NCBI GenBank assembly: GCA_963778655.1
Contig: CAVZVA010000002.1
Location: 416,001-480,000 of the forward strand
DNA: 64,000 nucleotides
Direction of reading: 5' to 3'
From: an uncultured delta proteobacterium
Lineage (GTDB): Bacteria > Myxococcota_A > Polyangia > Polyangiales > JAFGIB01
The notes below the pieces were generated by a model. The model made no database searches. It was not told where the DNA came from and saw only the letters and a program-made list of their open reading frames with translations. A program made the translations under genes and the position numbers. The first letter of the stretch is position 1, and each line of letters opens with the position of its first letter. This document shows positions 10,032 through 21,362 of the stretch, piece after piece.

Positions 10032-11453
10032 TCAAGGGTACGGCGCCATGCGCACGTCGGCGCAGCCGAACGACGCGTTCAGGTCACCGAGGCGCACGAC
10101 CGACGACTGCGGTCCAGCGCTCGGGCTGACATCGAACGCCGCAGCGCCGCTGGTCGCGATGCCCGCAGGCCAGTTCATCGTGGAGGGATCAGGCGGCGCC
10201 GCATCCTTCGCGAGCACGTGCCACTTTGGCACGTTGTCGTCGACGAACTGAGCCTCGGATGCGCCGCAATCGGCTGGCGTGGCGCCCTGGCTGGCGACCG
10301 ACTTGCAGCTGAACGCGCGCGACTCGATCGCGTTGTCGGGTGCCGTGGCATCGCCCTTGCCGCTCGCGCAGTCCGAGCCGATGATGCCCGAGCCGCCCAA
10401 CGTCGATCGCAGGCCGACATGCACCTCGACAGCGCGCGTACCGCCGCCCGCGCCGCAACCTCCGAGGGTGCCGGCGAGCAAGTCGGTAGGCGTGCCGCGA
10501 TAGGTGTACGGCATGTTGTTGCAGCTACAGGTGGCCCCCATGACGGTACCGCCCTGCTTGAGCGTCACGGTGATGCCGGGATTGCCGTCGCCGTCTTGGT
10601 CGGGGAAGCAGTTCTGGCCCATCTGCATGTTGCCCATGTCGTCCATGCACGTGAACGTTCCCGTCTGAGACGAAGTCGGCCACGTGGCGTCGGGCGCCGT
10701 CAGGAAGATGCCGACGAGACCGGAGGCCTTGGCAATCGTGAGGGTATCGCCCGGGTTGAAGCCACTGGTCATGCCGGTGGTATTGAACGTGGGCATCGTG
10801 GGCTTGTCCCAGATCGAATCGTCGATCTGGAGCTGATACGCGTCGCAGGTGACGTCCGCCAGGAACGGTGGCAGCTCAGAGCCGCAAGCGTGGAGCACGC
10901 CCTGGCCGCCCGTGCCGTCGTCGCACACGCCCGTCAGATCGCCCATCAGGTAGATGGTGATCGTGCCGCGGCCCGGATTGATGATGGGCGCCCCCTGGTT
11001 CACCTCGTCCTGCCACCAGGCGTCCATCTGGACGCGTATCGCGTAGATGCCGTCGGCCTTCTCTCGGCAGCTACCGGTCTTGGCCGGGCCGCTGCCGGCG
11101 CAGGTCATGCTGCCGCTGCCGCTGGTGCCACCGCCGCCGCTGCCGCTGGTGCCACCGCTGCCGCTGGTGCCGCCGCCGCCGCCGCCACCGCCGCTGGTGC
11201 CGCCGCCGCCGCCGGTACCGCCGCCGGTGCCGCCGGTCACGCCGCTGCCGCTGCCACCGCCGGTCGCGCCGCCGCCGGTCGCGCCGCCGCCGGTCGCCCC
11301 GCCACCGGTCGCGCCGCCGCCGGTCGTGGCCGCGCCACCCGTGTCGGGGCCGGTGCCGCCCGTGCCAGCACCGTTGCTCGCCTTTTTCGAGCACGCTCCG
11401 GTCAACGCCAGCGCACACGCCAACACGCTAAACCCAAGGAATTTGCTGCTCAT
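10032..11453 (-). CDS. Lipoprotein with Gly/Thr-rich linker and Cys-containing domain
   Basis: LTGAC lipobox; tandem TGGGA repeats. Confidence 0.82.
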   Translation of the reverse strand: MSSKFLGFSVLACALALTGACSKKASNGAGTGGTGPDTGGAATTGGGATGGGATGGGATGGGATGGGSGSGVTGGTGGGTGGGGGTSGGGGGGGGTSGSGGTSGSGGGGTSGSGSMTCAGSGPAKTGSCREKADGIYAIRVQMDAWWQDEVNQGAPIINPGRGTITIYLMGDLTGVCDDGTGGQGVLHACGSELPPFLADVTCDAYQLQIDDSIWDKPTMPTFNTTGMTSGFNPGDTLTIAKASGLVGIFLTAPDATWPTSSQTGTFTCMDDMGNMQMGQNCFPDQDGDGNPGITVTLKQGGTVMGATCSCNNMPYTYRGTPTDLLAGTLGGCGAGGGTRAVEVHVGLRSTLGGSGIIGSDCASGKGDATAPDNAIESRAFSCKSVASQGATPADCGASEAQFVDDNVPKWHVLAKDAAPPDPSTMNWPAGIATSGAAAFDVSPSAGPQSSVVRLGDLNASFGCADVRMAPYP

Positions 11454-11603
11454 CGTTACCCAATCTCCCCTGTGGCATTACTGAGCGCCACAGCACCCGG
11501 ACCCTCGTACGAACGCTTTAAGTAGCATTTACGTAAGTGACGGCCAGCGGTTGCCGTGGCTCAAATTTCATCGTGCGCGCGGCGCTCCGAAGCGAGTGCT
11601 CGC

Positions 11604-12470
11604 TCATTCCGGCCGCCACACCGGCAGCACCATGCGGTACGCCACCGTCAGCGTGATCGGCGAAAACAGCAGGTGCAGGCCGTAACCATTCGAGTTGTCG
11701 TAAGTGCCGAAAGTCGAGCCTGGATTGAACAGCAGCTGCACGAAGAACAGGTCGTTGCGGCGGCGAAAGCCCGGCCGGGTAACCAGCGCGAAACCGTAGT
11801 TGATCTGCGTGAAGCGGTTGTCGCCCAGGCCGAAGTTCAGCACCTGCATCATCGGCGCGAAGCCGCCCCAGTCGCGGTGCTTGAGAAACAGCATGATGTC
11901 GGACTTGAACAGCACGCCGCTGTCGTGGACCACGCCCAGACGGTAGTCGAACGAGCGGTCGGGGCTGTCCTCGATCCGCAGCGTGTTGACCGCGTTGAAG
12001 ACCAAGTAGTCGTTGATCGGCAGCGAGAGCGTCGCGCGTCCTTCACCGAAGCCCCAGGTCGCCGTGTCGACCTCGCCGTTGACGAAGCGGTTGCGGCGAT
12101 GGCCGCGCTCGATCGACTCGTCGGGGGCAAAGCCCATATGGCCGAAGTCGCTGCGAAAGCCGCCGCTGGCGCCGAGCGTGAGCACTAGGATCCGCAGCTC
12201 CACGTCGGCTTGCGACTCGTAGAAGGGCACGGTGTACAGCGCATTAGCGCGGAGCGTGAGCTGGTTGGCCTCGCCGTAGATCGGCATCTTGTGCTCGACC
12301 GCGAGCTGCGCGCCCGGGAGCACCAGGTCGACCATGACGTCGGTGCCGTTCTGGGGCGCCGAGATCACCCAGTCGCGGGGCTGGCCGGCTTGGGCGGTGC
12401 CAACCGCAAAGGACAGCAGCAGCGCGAGCGAAGCGGCGGTCGCGGCGAGGGTTCGAGTCAGCACGCGCAT
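11604..12470 (-). CDS. Secreted hypothetical protein, probable outer-membrane beta-barrel
   Basis: Signal peptide AQA; alternating aromatic beta strands. Confidence 0.75.
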   Translation of the reverse strand: MRVLTRTLAATAASLALLLSFAVGTAQAGQPRDWVISAPQNGTDVMVDLVLPGAQLAVEHKMPIYGEANQLTLRANALYTVPFYESQADVELRILVLTLGASGGFRSDFGHMGFAPDESIERGHRRNRFVNGEVDTATWGFGEGRATLSLPINDYLVFNAVNTLRIEDSPDRSFDYRLGVVHDSGVLFKSDIMLFLKHRDWGGFAPMMQVLNFGLGDNRFTQINYGFALVTRPGFRRRNDLFFVQLLFNPGSTFGTYDNSNGYGLHLLFSPITLTVAYRMVLPVWRPE

Positions 12471-12629
12471 GCGTTCGGCAAGGTGGGCAGGCGAGCCGGG
12501 GACCCGCAGCGCCCGCAGTGGCAGCGGGAGGCTAGACCAGCTCGCGGCCGAAGCAAAGAGGTTACGTACCGAAGTGGGGACGCGAGCGGCCGTTGCAGGG
12601 GACCGACCGCCACCGCCCCACCCCAGCGC

Positions 12630-13106
12630 TCACGCCGCCGGCGTCCCCGGGACCACGGCGCGAGCCTTGAGAAAGGCGATCACCTCGTCGACGTGGCGGG
12701 TGAAGTTGAGCTCGTGTTGAAAGCAGGCCGCGACCCGCCCCTCGGGGTCGATCACGTAGGTGACCCGCTTGGGGCGCTTGAGCAGCGCACGCGCGACGCC
12801 GTACGTGCGGCACAGCTCGCCCTGCTCGTCAGCGAGCAGCGCGAACGGCAGCTGGTGGCTCGCGGCGAACTCGCATTGGGTCGCCTGCGAGTCCATGCTC
12901 ACCCCGACGATGGCGGCCCCCAGCGCCTCGATCTCCGCGGCGTGGTCGCGAAAGCCCTTGCTCTCGATGGTGCAGCCGAAGGTGAACGCCTTCGGATAGA
13001 AGTACAGCACCAGGTAGCGACCGCGGAACGCGTGCAATGAGATCGGTTTGCCGTCCTGTCCGGTAGCGGCAACATCCGGCGCGCGGTCGCCAACGCGAAG
13101 CGTCAT
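12630..13106 (-). CDS. bcp: Peroxiredoxin, BCP/PrxQ family
   Basis: YFYPKAFTFGC (PxxxTxxC); second Cys in TQCEFA rather than CxxxxC. Confidence 0.9.
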   Translation of the reverse strand: MTLRVGDRAPDVAATGQDGKPISLHAFRGRYLVLYFYPKAFTFGCTIESKGFRDHAAEIEALGAAIVGVSMDSQATQCEFAASHQLPFALLADEQGELCRTYGVARALLKRPKRVTYVIDPEGRVAACFQHELNFTRHVDEVIAFLKARAVVPGTPAA

Positions 13107-13125
13107 ACCCGCCCACGATAGCGCA

Positions 13126-14113
13126 GCGGGGAGGCGCGTGCCTCCCCGCGTCACTGCGTTCCCCAAGCACGATCCGCTGGGGTGATTCGCGGCTCCGCCG
13201 CGAGAGGGGAGCGCAGCTCCCCTGCGCGTGGGGTGGGGCCCCAACGGATTCACTCCGTTGGGGCGGGGAGGCGCGTGCCTCCCCGCGTCACTGCGTTCCC
13301 CAAGCACGATCCGCTGGGGTGATTCGCGGCTCCGCCGCGAGAGGGGAGCGCAGCTCCCCTGCGCGTGGGGTGGGGCCCCAACGGATTCACTCCGTTGGGG
13401 CGGGGAGGCGCGTGCCTCCCCGCGTCACTGCGTTCCCCAAGCACGATCCGCTGGGGTGATTCGCGGCTCCGCCGCGAGAGGGGAGCGCAGCTCCCCTGCG
13501 CGTGGGGTGGGGCCCCAACGGATTCACTCCGTTGGAGCGGGGAGGCGCGTGCCTCCCCGCGTCACTGCGTTCCCCAAGCACGATCCGCTGGGGTGATTCG
13601 CGGCTCCGCCGCGAGAGGGGAGCGCAGCTCCCCTGCGCGTGGGGTGGGGCCCCAACGGATTCACTCCGTTGGGGCGGGGGAGGCGCGTGCCTCCCCGCGT
13701 CACTGCGTTCCCCAAGCACGATCCGCTGGGGTGATTCGCGGCTCCGCCGCGAGAGGGGAGCGCAGCTCCCCTGCGCGTGGGGTGGGGCCCCAACGGATTC
13801 ACTCCGTTGGGGCGGGGAGGCGCGTGCCTCCCCGCGTCACTGCGTTCCCCAAGCACGATCCGCTGGGGTGATTCGCGGCTCCGCCGCGAGAGGGGAGCGC
13901 AGCTCCCCTGCGCGTGGGGTGGGGCCCCAACGGATTCACTCCGTTGGGGCGGGGAGGCGCGTGCCTCCCCGCGTCACTGCGTTCCCCAAGCACGATCCGC
14001 TGGGGTGATTCGCGGCTCCGCCGCGAGAGGGGAGCGCAGCTCCCCTGCGCGTGGGGTGGGGCCCCAACGGATTCACTCCGTTGGGGCGGGGAGGCGCGTG
14101 CCTCCCCGCGTCA
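13126..14113. repeat. Tandem 137-bp palindromic repeat array, 7 full units plus a 28-bp partial
   Basis: Units at 13126, 13263, 13400, 13537, 13674, 13812, 13949 and 14086; near identical (one G>A at 13536, one extra G in unit 5); three hairpins per unit. Confidence 0.97.
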
Positions 14114-15790
14114 TAGACTAAACGGATAGATGACGCGGAAGCGCGGCTTCTTGAAGGGTACGAACTGCGCCCCGCGGGCCGCGCGCGCGATGCACGAACC
14201 CTCCGGCGTACCGGCGAAATCCCCGCCCACGACGGCGTAGGTAACGAACCCCGTGTTGGCGACCGTCACGTCAAGCTGGGCGGTGCCGTGCATGTCGCGC
14301 GCGCACGCACGCACGGCGGCGCGGATCGGGGCCAGCGCGGCCAGCACGTCTTCGCGGCTCGGGATGTCGGGCAAGTCCGCGTGCTCGGGGCTCGGCACCA
14401 CGCGCAGCGTCGCGCTCTGCTCGCGCGCCGTGGGCTCGGCCGCTGCCGGCGGCGGCTCGTGAGAATTGTCGGGCTCGCGCGCCGTGGGCTTGGCGCTCGC
14501 GTGCGCGTGGTGCGCGTGGTGGCCCTCGGCTGCCGTGGCTTCGACAGGCGCTGTCGGCAGGCTCCGAGCTGGCGCGGGGCTCGAGCTCGGCTCGGAAGTC
14601 GACACCGGCGCAGCGCTGGGCGCAACCGCGGCCGGCGGCGCGGCCGAGCTCGGGCTCGGCACGGCCGGGGCAGCCGCAGCCGTTGCGGCCGGCTGCGGCG
14701 CGGGTCCCAGGTTGCGGGAAGGCGGGCCTGGGTAGCCGCCGCGCGTCAGAAACCAACCGCCAACGCCGATCACGAACATCGCGGCCACCAGCACCACGCC
14801 GAGCCCCGTCTGGGACGCATCGGCTGGGCGCCGGCCGCGGACTTCGGCCGGCGCCAGGCTCGAGACCGGCGCGCCTTCCCTGTGCGCGGCGCTCCCCCCC
14901 ACCGTGGCCGCCGGCTTGGCGGCGGGTGCGCGTTCGCCCGCGTCTGCGGCGCGCGCGGCGTCACCGCCGCCGGGCACTTCCGCCGGCGAGGCGCGGCGCT
15001 GCCGCTGCGCAGATCGCGGCTCGACGGTCTCCACGATTGAGGGCGCGGGCGGCGCGGGCCGCGGAACGATCCGCGCCAGCGGCACGGGCTTGGCTGCAGC
15101 CGGCGGAGGCTCGGAGTCGACCAGCTCCTCCATCGGCAGCTCCTCGATGGGAATCGAGTCGAGCTCGTCGGCGCTCGGCTCCTCGACCTGCATCGGCACC
15201 GAGACCTGCCCGTCCAGCATCTGCTGGATGGCATCGCTGATCGCGGCCAGACGCGGTGCCTCCGCGCTCGGGCCGGGCGGCGGCTCGCCAATCGCCTCGG
15301 CCAGCGGCGCCTCGGCGGGCGGCAGCTCGACCGGCGGCGGCTCGGCAGCGGCGGCCGCCACAGGCGGCATGATCGGCGGCGGCGAGCCGAGCTTGGTGGT
15401 GACTCGCCGGCGACCCGCGCTCGCAACGTCCACCTCGGAGCCGGCGGGCACCGCCACCGGGGGTGGCGTCGGGATCGAGCTCAAGTGCGGCTGGGGCTCC
15501 TCCCCTTCGAGGTAAGCTTTGGCCCCCCGCCACTTGGGCGGCGCCAGCACGGGCGCGGCCGGGCTTCCAGGGCCCGACGAAGAGGCCGGGTGCCCCACCA
15601 GAGTGCTCACGTAGCGCTTGCGCAGCTCGGCGGCATCGAGCGCATGGGCATCTCCCGCGTCGGGCGCGGGCGGCCCGGCTTCGACGCTCGGGGCGGGCGG
15701 GGCCGGAGCCGCGGCTGGAGGCGGGGGCGGTTCCGAGGCGCCGAAAGTACCGACCGGAACGCGCGATCGCCGTCCGTCCTTCTTCTCCAT
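14111..15790 (-). CDS. Pro/Ala-rich single-pass membrane protein with C-terminal TonB-C/AgmX-like domain
   Basis: Disordered N-terminus, TM segment GLGVVLVAAMFVIGVGGWFL, C-terminal ...VRAC...GSCIARA...VIYPF. Confidence 0.7.
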   Translation of the reverse strand: MEKKDGRRSRVPVGTFGASEPPPPPAAAPAPPAPSVEAGPPAPDAGDAHALDAAELRKRYVSTLVGHPASSSGPGSPAAPVLAPPKWRGAKAYLEGEEPQPHLSSIPTPPPVAVPAGSEVDVASAGRRRVTTKLGSPPPIMPPVAAAAAEPPPVELPPAEAPLAEAIGEPPPGPSAEAPRLAAISDAIQQMLDGQVSVPMQVEEPSADELDSIPIEELPMEELVDSEPPPAAAKPVPLARIVPRPAPPAPSIVETVEPRSAQRQRRASPAEVPGGGDAARAADAGERAPAAKPAATVGGSAAHREGAPVSSLAPAEVRGRRPADASQTGLGVVLVAAMFVIGVGGWFLTRGGYPGPPSRNLGPAPQPAATAAAAPAVPSPSSAAPPAAVAPSAAPVSTSEPSSSPAPARSLPTAPVEATAAEGHHAHHAHASAKPTAREPDNSHEPPPAAAEPTAREQSATLRVVPSPEHADLPDIPSREDVLAALAPIRAAVRACARDMHGTAQLDVTVANTGFVTYAVVGGDFAGTPEGSCIARAARGAQFVPFKKPRFRVIYPFSL

Positions 15791-16035
15791 TCGCTCACCT
15801 GCAAGCGGGACGCTGCCCGGCTCTCCGCTGCCCGAATCGGGTCACCCGGCGCGTCGCCGCTCTTACCCCAAATGGTATCACACACTTCGGACGATATGTG
15901 AGATAATGTGAAAGATTAGCTCACTGGCGGCTCGACGTCATCCCTACCGCGTGCTCCTGGCCGGCGCTGGCAGGTGCCGGGCCCGCGGCTGCGTCGCCGC
16001 CGTCCGGATTCAACATCGCCAGGTCGCAGCACTAA

Positions 16036-16199
16036 GAGCCGATCTCAAAACCCTCCGCGACCGCCTTCCGGGCGGGACAGCGCCGCCCGCGGCGTTGGGC
16101 GACGCTCGAAATATCAGGAAGCATTCCACCGGTCGCGCGCCTCGCATCCAGCACCGTCGCGCTCCGAAATCCGGCCACGCCGGGTATTGAGATCGGCTC
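16036..16199. mobile_element. MITE, 164 bp, 18-bp terminal inverted repeats, TAA target-site duplication
   Basis: TAA-GAGCCGATCTCAAAACCC ... GGGTATTGAGATCGGCTC-TAA (17/18 match); non-coding interior. Confidence 0.82.
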
Positions 16200-16203
16200 T
16201 AAG

Positions 16204-16662
16204 ATGGACGGGGGCATGTTCCAGTACATCAAGGCGGGGCGCTGCTTTGGCCCCATTTCTGCCGTGGACTTGGTCCAGCTGCTCGAGTCGGGCGTGCTGT
16301 CCGCCGACGATCTGGTGCGTGTGGAGGGCGTCACCGCGTGGAGCCCCGCGCAGCAGGTCGTCGACGACCTGCGCGCGGGTCGCCTGAGCGAGCCCGCGCT
16401 CGGTGCTGCGGGGCGCCGGCGTTCGGTCGTGCCGGTGGGCGCGCACACCGTGATGACTTCTTCGCCTCCGCTGCCCGCGAACCCGCTGCCGCGCGTCGGC
16501 GGGCGGCACTGCCGCAAGTGCGGCATCGAGATGCGTGCGGACGCCCGGTATTGCAAGCAGTGCGGCGACCCCTTGGCGCCTCCAGTCTGCGCTGCGTGCG
16601 GGCGCACCAACGATCCGGATGCCATCTACTGCGACGGCTGCGGCCAGGAGCTCGCCGACTGA
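16204..16662 (+). CDS. GYF_2-like plus double zinc ribbon protein (start may be 16216)
   Basis: FGPIS...L...G.LS.DDLV..EG...W pattern; four CxxC pairs. Confidence 0.8.
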   Translation: MDGGMFQYIKAGRCFGPISAVDLVQLLESGVLSADDLVRVEGVTAWSPAQQVVDDLRAGRLSEPALGAAGRRRSVVPVGAHTVMTSSPPLPANPLPRVGGRHCRKCGIEMRADARYCKQCGDPLAPPVCAACGRTNDPDAIYCDGCGQELAD

Positions 16663-16783
16663 GGCGGCGGGCACGAACGGCTGGCCACTGCCGGCGATGG
16701 TATGCTAATCGCTTCATGGCGGCCGCGTATGGCGCGACCGCGGACCGGACCCCGGGTTCTGCAACGTAGAGGAGCGCTGTCCC

Positions 16784-17959
<1,176 letters not shown>

Positions 17960-18153
17960 TTGTCCCGAGCACGCGCAAGCGTCATCAGGTCGCGCGCTCG
18001 CGGGATCTGCGGCTCGCAGTCCTTCCCGTCTCCCGGACTTGCTGTTTCATGGCTCCCTTTGCCGGACGCGAGCTGCGGCGGCCCTGACGCCGGTGGCGCC
18101 GGCCGCGAGCCTGCGTTATACACGGCCGCGCCTGCAGCGGAGGAGCGTCGAGC

Positions 18154-19395
18154 ATGCTGCGCCTGCGTCCCTTTGCGGCCTTGAGACCGCGCCCGGAAAC
18201 GGCGGCGAGGATCGCGTGCGTCCCGTACGACGTGGTCAGCCGCAGCGAGGCGCACGACCTCGTGCAGGGAAACCCGCTCAGCTTCCTGCACGTGACGCGC
18301 GCCGAGATCGACCTGGCGCCGGCGGTCGGCGCGTACGACGAGCGGGTGTACGCCCAGGCCCAGCAGACTTTCTCGCGCTTCGTGCGCGACGGCGTGCTGG
18401 TGCGCGAGTCTCGGCCGTCGTTGTACGCCTACCGCCAGCAGGCGGTGCTCGCCGGCCGCGCGGTGAGTCAGATCGGGATCGTCGGTTGCTGTCACGTCGA
18501 CGACTACAACCAGGGGCTGATCAAGAAGCACGAGGTCACGCGCAAGGACAAAGAAGACGATCGCACGCGGCATACGCTCGCGATCGGCGCCAACGCCGGG
18601 CCGGTCTTCCTGGCGCACGAGCCGAGCAGCGCTATTGCGGTGCTGTGCCAGCGCGCCACCGGCGCGCAGCCGTTGTTCGACTTCAGCGCCGAGGACGGCG
18701 TGCGGCACACGGTGTGGAAGCTCCCGGAGGCGGAGCCGGTGGTGCGGGCCTTCGCCGCGCTCCCGTGCGCCTATGTGGCCGACGGGCATCACCGCAGCGC
18801 CTCGGCTGCGCGCGCGTGCGCCGAGCTGCGGCGCCGCAGCCCAAGCCAGACCGGCGAGCAGGAGCACGACTGGTTTCTGTGCGTGCTCTTCGCTGCCGAT
18901 CAGCTCAACGTGCTGCCGTACCATCGACTGGTGCGCGACCTGGGCGGGCAGACGCCCGAAGCGCTGCTGGCCGGGCTGCGCGAAATCGCCGAGGTCGCGC
19001 TCTGCACCCAGCCGGCACCCGAGCAGCCCGGCAGCTTCGGGCTTTATCTGCAAGGACGCTGGTACCGGGTGACGCTCCCGAGCGCACGGATCGACGCCGG
19101 CGATCCGGTGCGCTCGCTCGACTACGTGCTGCTCAGCGAGCACGTGCTGGGACCGCTGCTCGGCATCGAGGACTTGCGCACGGACAAGCGGGTGGACTTC
19201 GTGGGCGGGATCCGCGGCACAGGCGAGCTCGAGCGCCGGGTCGACTCCGGCGAGCATGCGCTGGCTTTCGCGATGCGCGCCACCAGCGTGCAGCAGCTGA
19301 TGCGCGTGGCGGACGCCGGCATGATCATGCCGCCCAAGAGCACCTGGTTCGAGCCCAAGCTGCGCTCGGGTCTGCTGATCCACACCTTGGACTGA
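18154..19395 (+). CDS. DUF1015 family protein
   Basis: PYDVV, IKKHE.T..DKE.DR, YVADGHHR and MPPKSTWFEPKLRSGL motifs. Confidence 0.88.
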   Translation: MLRLRPFAALRPRPETAARIACVPYDVVSRSEAHDLVQGNPLSFLHVTRAEIDLAPAVGAYDERVYAQAQQTFSRFVRDGVLVRESRPSLYAYRQQAVLAGRAVSQIGIVGCCHVDDYNQGLIKKHEVTRKDKEDDRTRHTLAIGANAGPVFLAHEPSSAIAVLCQRATGAQPLFDFSAEDGVRHTVWKLPEAEPVVRAFAALPCAYVADGHHRSASAARACAELRRRSPSQTGEQEHDWFLCVLFAADQLNVLPYHRLVRDLGGQTPEALLAGLREIAEVALCTQPAPEQPGSFGLYLQGRWYRVTLPSARIDAGDPVRSLDYVLLSEHVLGPLLGIEDLRTDKRVDFVGGIRGTGELERRVDSGEHALAFAMRATSVQQLMRVADAGMIMPPKSTWFEPKLRSGLLIHTLD

Positions 19396-19591
19396 CCGGA
19401 TCTCCGGCTCGGCAAGTGCGGCACCGGCTTCGGTTGGTTCGCTGTGCGCTGGCTCACAGCGAAGGGCAGCGAGGGTGGCGCGAGCTCGGACGCGTTGCCG
19501 GTGTGCCGAACTGTGCCAAGTCGGCCAGCATGCGAGACCTCGGCGACGGGTTTGTGAGACACTTGCGGCGAGGGGAGGGGCGAAACCTGCA

Positions 19592-19607
19592 TGGAACGCT
19601 TCTTGCT
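19592..19607 (+). promoter_or_regulatory. Putative sigma54 -24/-12 promoter
   Basis: TGGAACG-CTTC-TTGCT versus consensus TGGCACG-N4-TTGCW; predicted +1 near 19618. Confidence 0.6.
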
Positions 19608-19620
19608 GCATGTCCGCGAC

Positions 19621-21360
19621 ATGCACACGCGATGGATTGGGGGCTTGGTGCTGGCGCTGGGCGTGGCCGGCTTGGGGGGCTGCAGCGGCAAGAGCAGCAA
19701 CGATGCCCGCGGTGGCGCTACCACGGGCGCGCCGGGCGCCATCCCGAGCGGCGACTTCGGCGGCGCGGGCAGCGGCAACTTCGGCTCCAACGGCACGGAC
19801 TTTTCGCCCGGTGGCCTGGGTACCGGCGGCACGAGCGCGGCCGGCGGCGGCATGACCGCGCCGAAGCTGCCGCCGGAGATGCAGGTGAAGCTGGACTTCG
19901 AGCAGCCGCAGGCCTCGGAGCGCTTCGTGTACACGGCCAACCCCAAGGGCGGCACAGTGTCGATCATCGACGCCACCAACACCTCGATCCAGACGGTGGA
20001 GACCGGCGACCGGCCGACGTTTCTGCGCACGCTGGCCGGAACCGACGACGCGATCGTGCTCAACGTGGGCTCCGACGACGCGACCATCCTGCGCTCGCCG
20101 GCCACGGGCGTGACCACCGATTCGGTGCCGGTGGTGCGCGGCGCCAACGCGATCGCGGTGGCGCCCGACGGCAAGCACGCGGTGGTGTACTTCGACGCAG
20201 CCTACAGCACGGCCGGCAACCCGTCGGGCAGCTTCCAGGACGTGACGGTGGTCAGCCTGGCCGCGGGCAACGACAGCGCGACCGGCATGACCGTGGGCTT
20301 CAGCCCGCGCGATGTGGCCTTTGCCGCCGACGGCAGCGCGGCCTACGTCGTGACCGACGACGGCATCTCGGTGCTCGACTTCGCGCGCATCGAAAAAGAG
20401 GGCACAGGCATCGCCAGGCTGGTCTCGCTCGGTCCCAGCGTGGACCAGAAGGGCATTCAGGTCGCGGTCACGCCCGACGGCAAGTACGCGCTCACGCGCG
20501 AGCCGGGCAAGAGCGTGGTGCGTGAGGTGGACCTCGAGAGCGGCGACCTCAGCAGCGTCGACCTGGCCGATGTGCTGCCGCAAGACCAGAGCGGCGACGA
20601 CGCCGGGGTGCCCCCAGGGCCGCCGGACGTGAGCGACCTGGCGCTGGCGCCCAACGGCGCGTTCGCGCTGGCGGTGGTGCGCAGCCACAGCCTGGTGCTG
20701 CAGATCCCGGTGCCGGACGGCTTCGCCAAGCCGGGCTTGATCAAGAGCTACAGCGTCAAAGACGAGCTGGTCGGCTCGGCCACCATCTCGCCCCAGGCCG
20801 ACCGCGCGCTGCTCTACACCACCGCGGTCGACGTCGAGCGCATCACCATCCTGACGCTGGACGACAAGACGCCGCCCAAGACGGTGGCGTTGCGCAAGAC
20901 GGTGCAGGCGGTCGCGATCGCGCCCGACGGCCAGACCGCGCTGATCGTGCACAAGAAGGCGGCCGGAGATCCGAATCAGGCCGGCCTCGACCCCAGCGTG
21001 CAGCTGGCGCGCTCGTACGGCTACAGCGTGCTGCGCATTCCCAGCGGCGACGTCAAGCTGCAGGTGACCGCGACCGCGCCGGGCGCGTTCAGCATCGTGC
21101 CCGACGGCAGCTACCTGTTCCTGCTCTTCCGCGACGACGCGACCAACACGCGCGAGGTGCAGAAGATTGAGAGCAAGAGCTTCCTGGTGCAACCGATCGA
21201 GCTCGGCAGCCCGCCGATCTCCATCGGCTCGGTGCCGCAGAGCAAGCGCATGTTCGTCAACCAGGACCACCCCGATGGACGCATCACGTTCATCGACTGG
21301 GTCAGCAACGAAACCCGAACCGTCACCGGCTTCGAGCTCAACAGCAGAATCCAGGACTAA
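19621..21360 (+). CDS. Beta-propeller (YncE/YVTN-like) lipoprotein
   Basis: LGGC lipobox; repeated A(V/I)(A/T)PDG blades. Confidence 0.8.
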   Translation: MHTRWIGGLVLALGVAGLGGCSGKSSNDARGGATTGAPGAIPSGDFGGAGSGNFGSNGTDFSPGGLGTGGTSAAGGGMTAPKLPPEMQVKLDFEQPQASERFVYTANPKGGTVSIIDATNTSIQTVETGDRPTFLRTLAGTDDAIVLNVGSDDATILRSPATGVTTDSVPVVRGANAIAVAPDGKHAVVYFDAAYSTAGNPSGSFQDVTVVSLAAGNDSATGMTVGFSPRDVAFAADGSAAYVVTDDGISVLDFARIEKEGTGIARLVSLGPSVDQKGIQVAVTPDGKYALTREPGKSVVREVDLESGDLSSVDLADVLPQDQSGDDAGVPPGPPDVSDLALAPNGAFALAVVRSHSLVLQIPVPDGFAKPGLIKSYSVKDELVGSATISPQADRALLYTTAVDVERITILTLDDKTPPKTVALRKTVQAVAIAPDGQTALIVHKKAAGDPNQAGLDPSVQLARSYGYSVLRIPSGDVKLQVTATAPGAFSIVPDGSYLFLLFRDDATNTREVQKIESKSFLVQPIELGSPPISIGSVPQSKRMFVNQDHPDGRITFIDWVSNETRTVTGFELNSRIQD

Positions 21361-21362
21361 CC

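Noticed and set aside
13126..14113. CRISPR array
   Set aside because: Units are identical end to end with no unique spacers, the 137-bp period is too long, and there are no cas genes
13228..14129. Repetitive ORFs inside the 137-bp array and across the 18-bp repeat (38106-38522)
   Set aside because: Translations of non-coding repeats; the 137-bp period shifts frame each unit and there are no credible start signals
16187..16205. Hybrid promoter made from MITE TTGAGA and TAAGAT
   Set aside because: Spacing is only 7 bp
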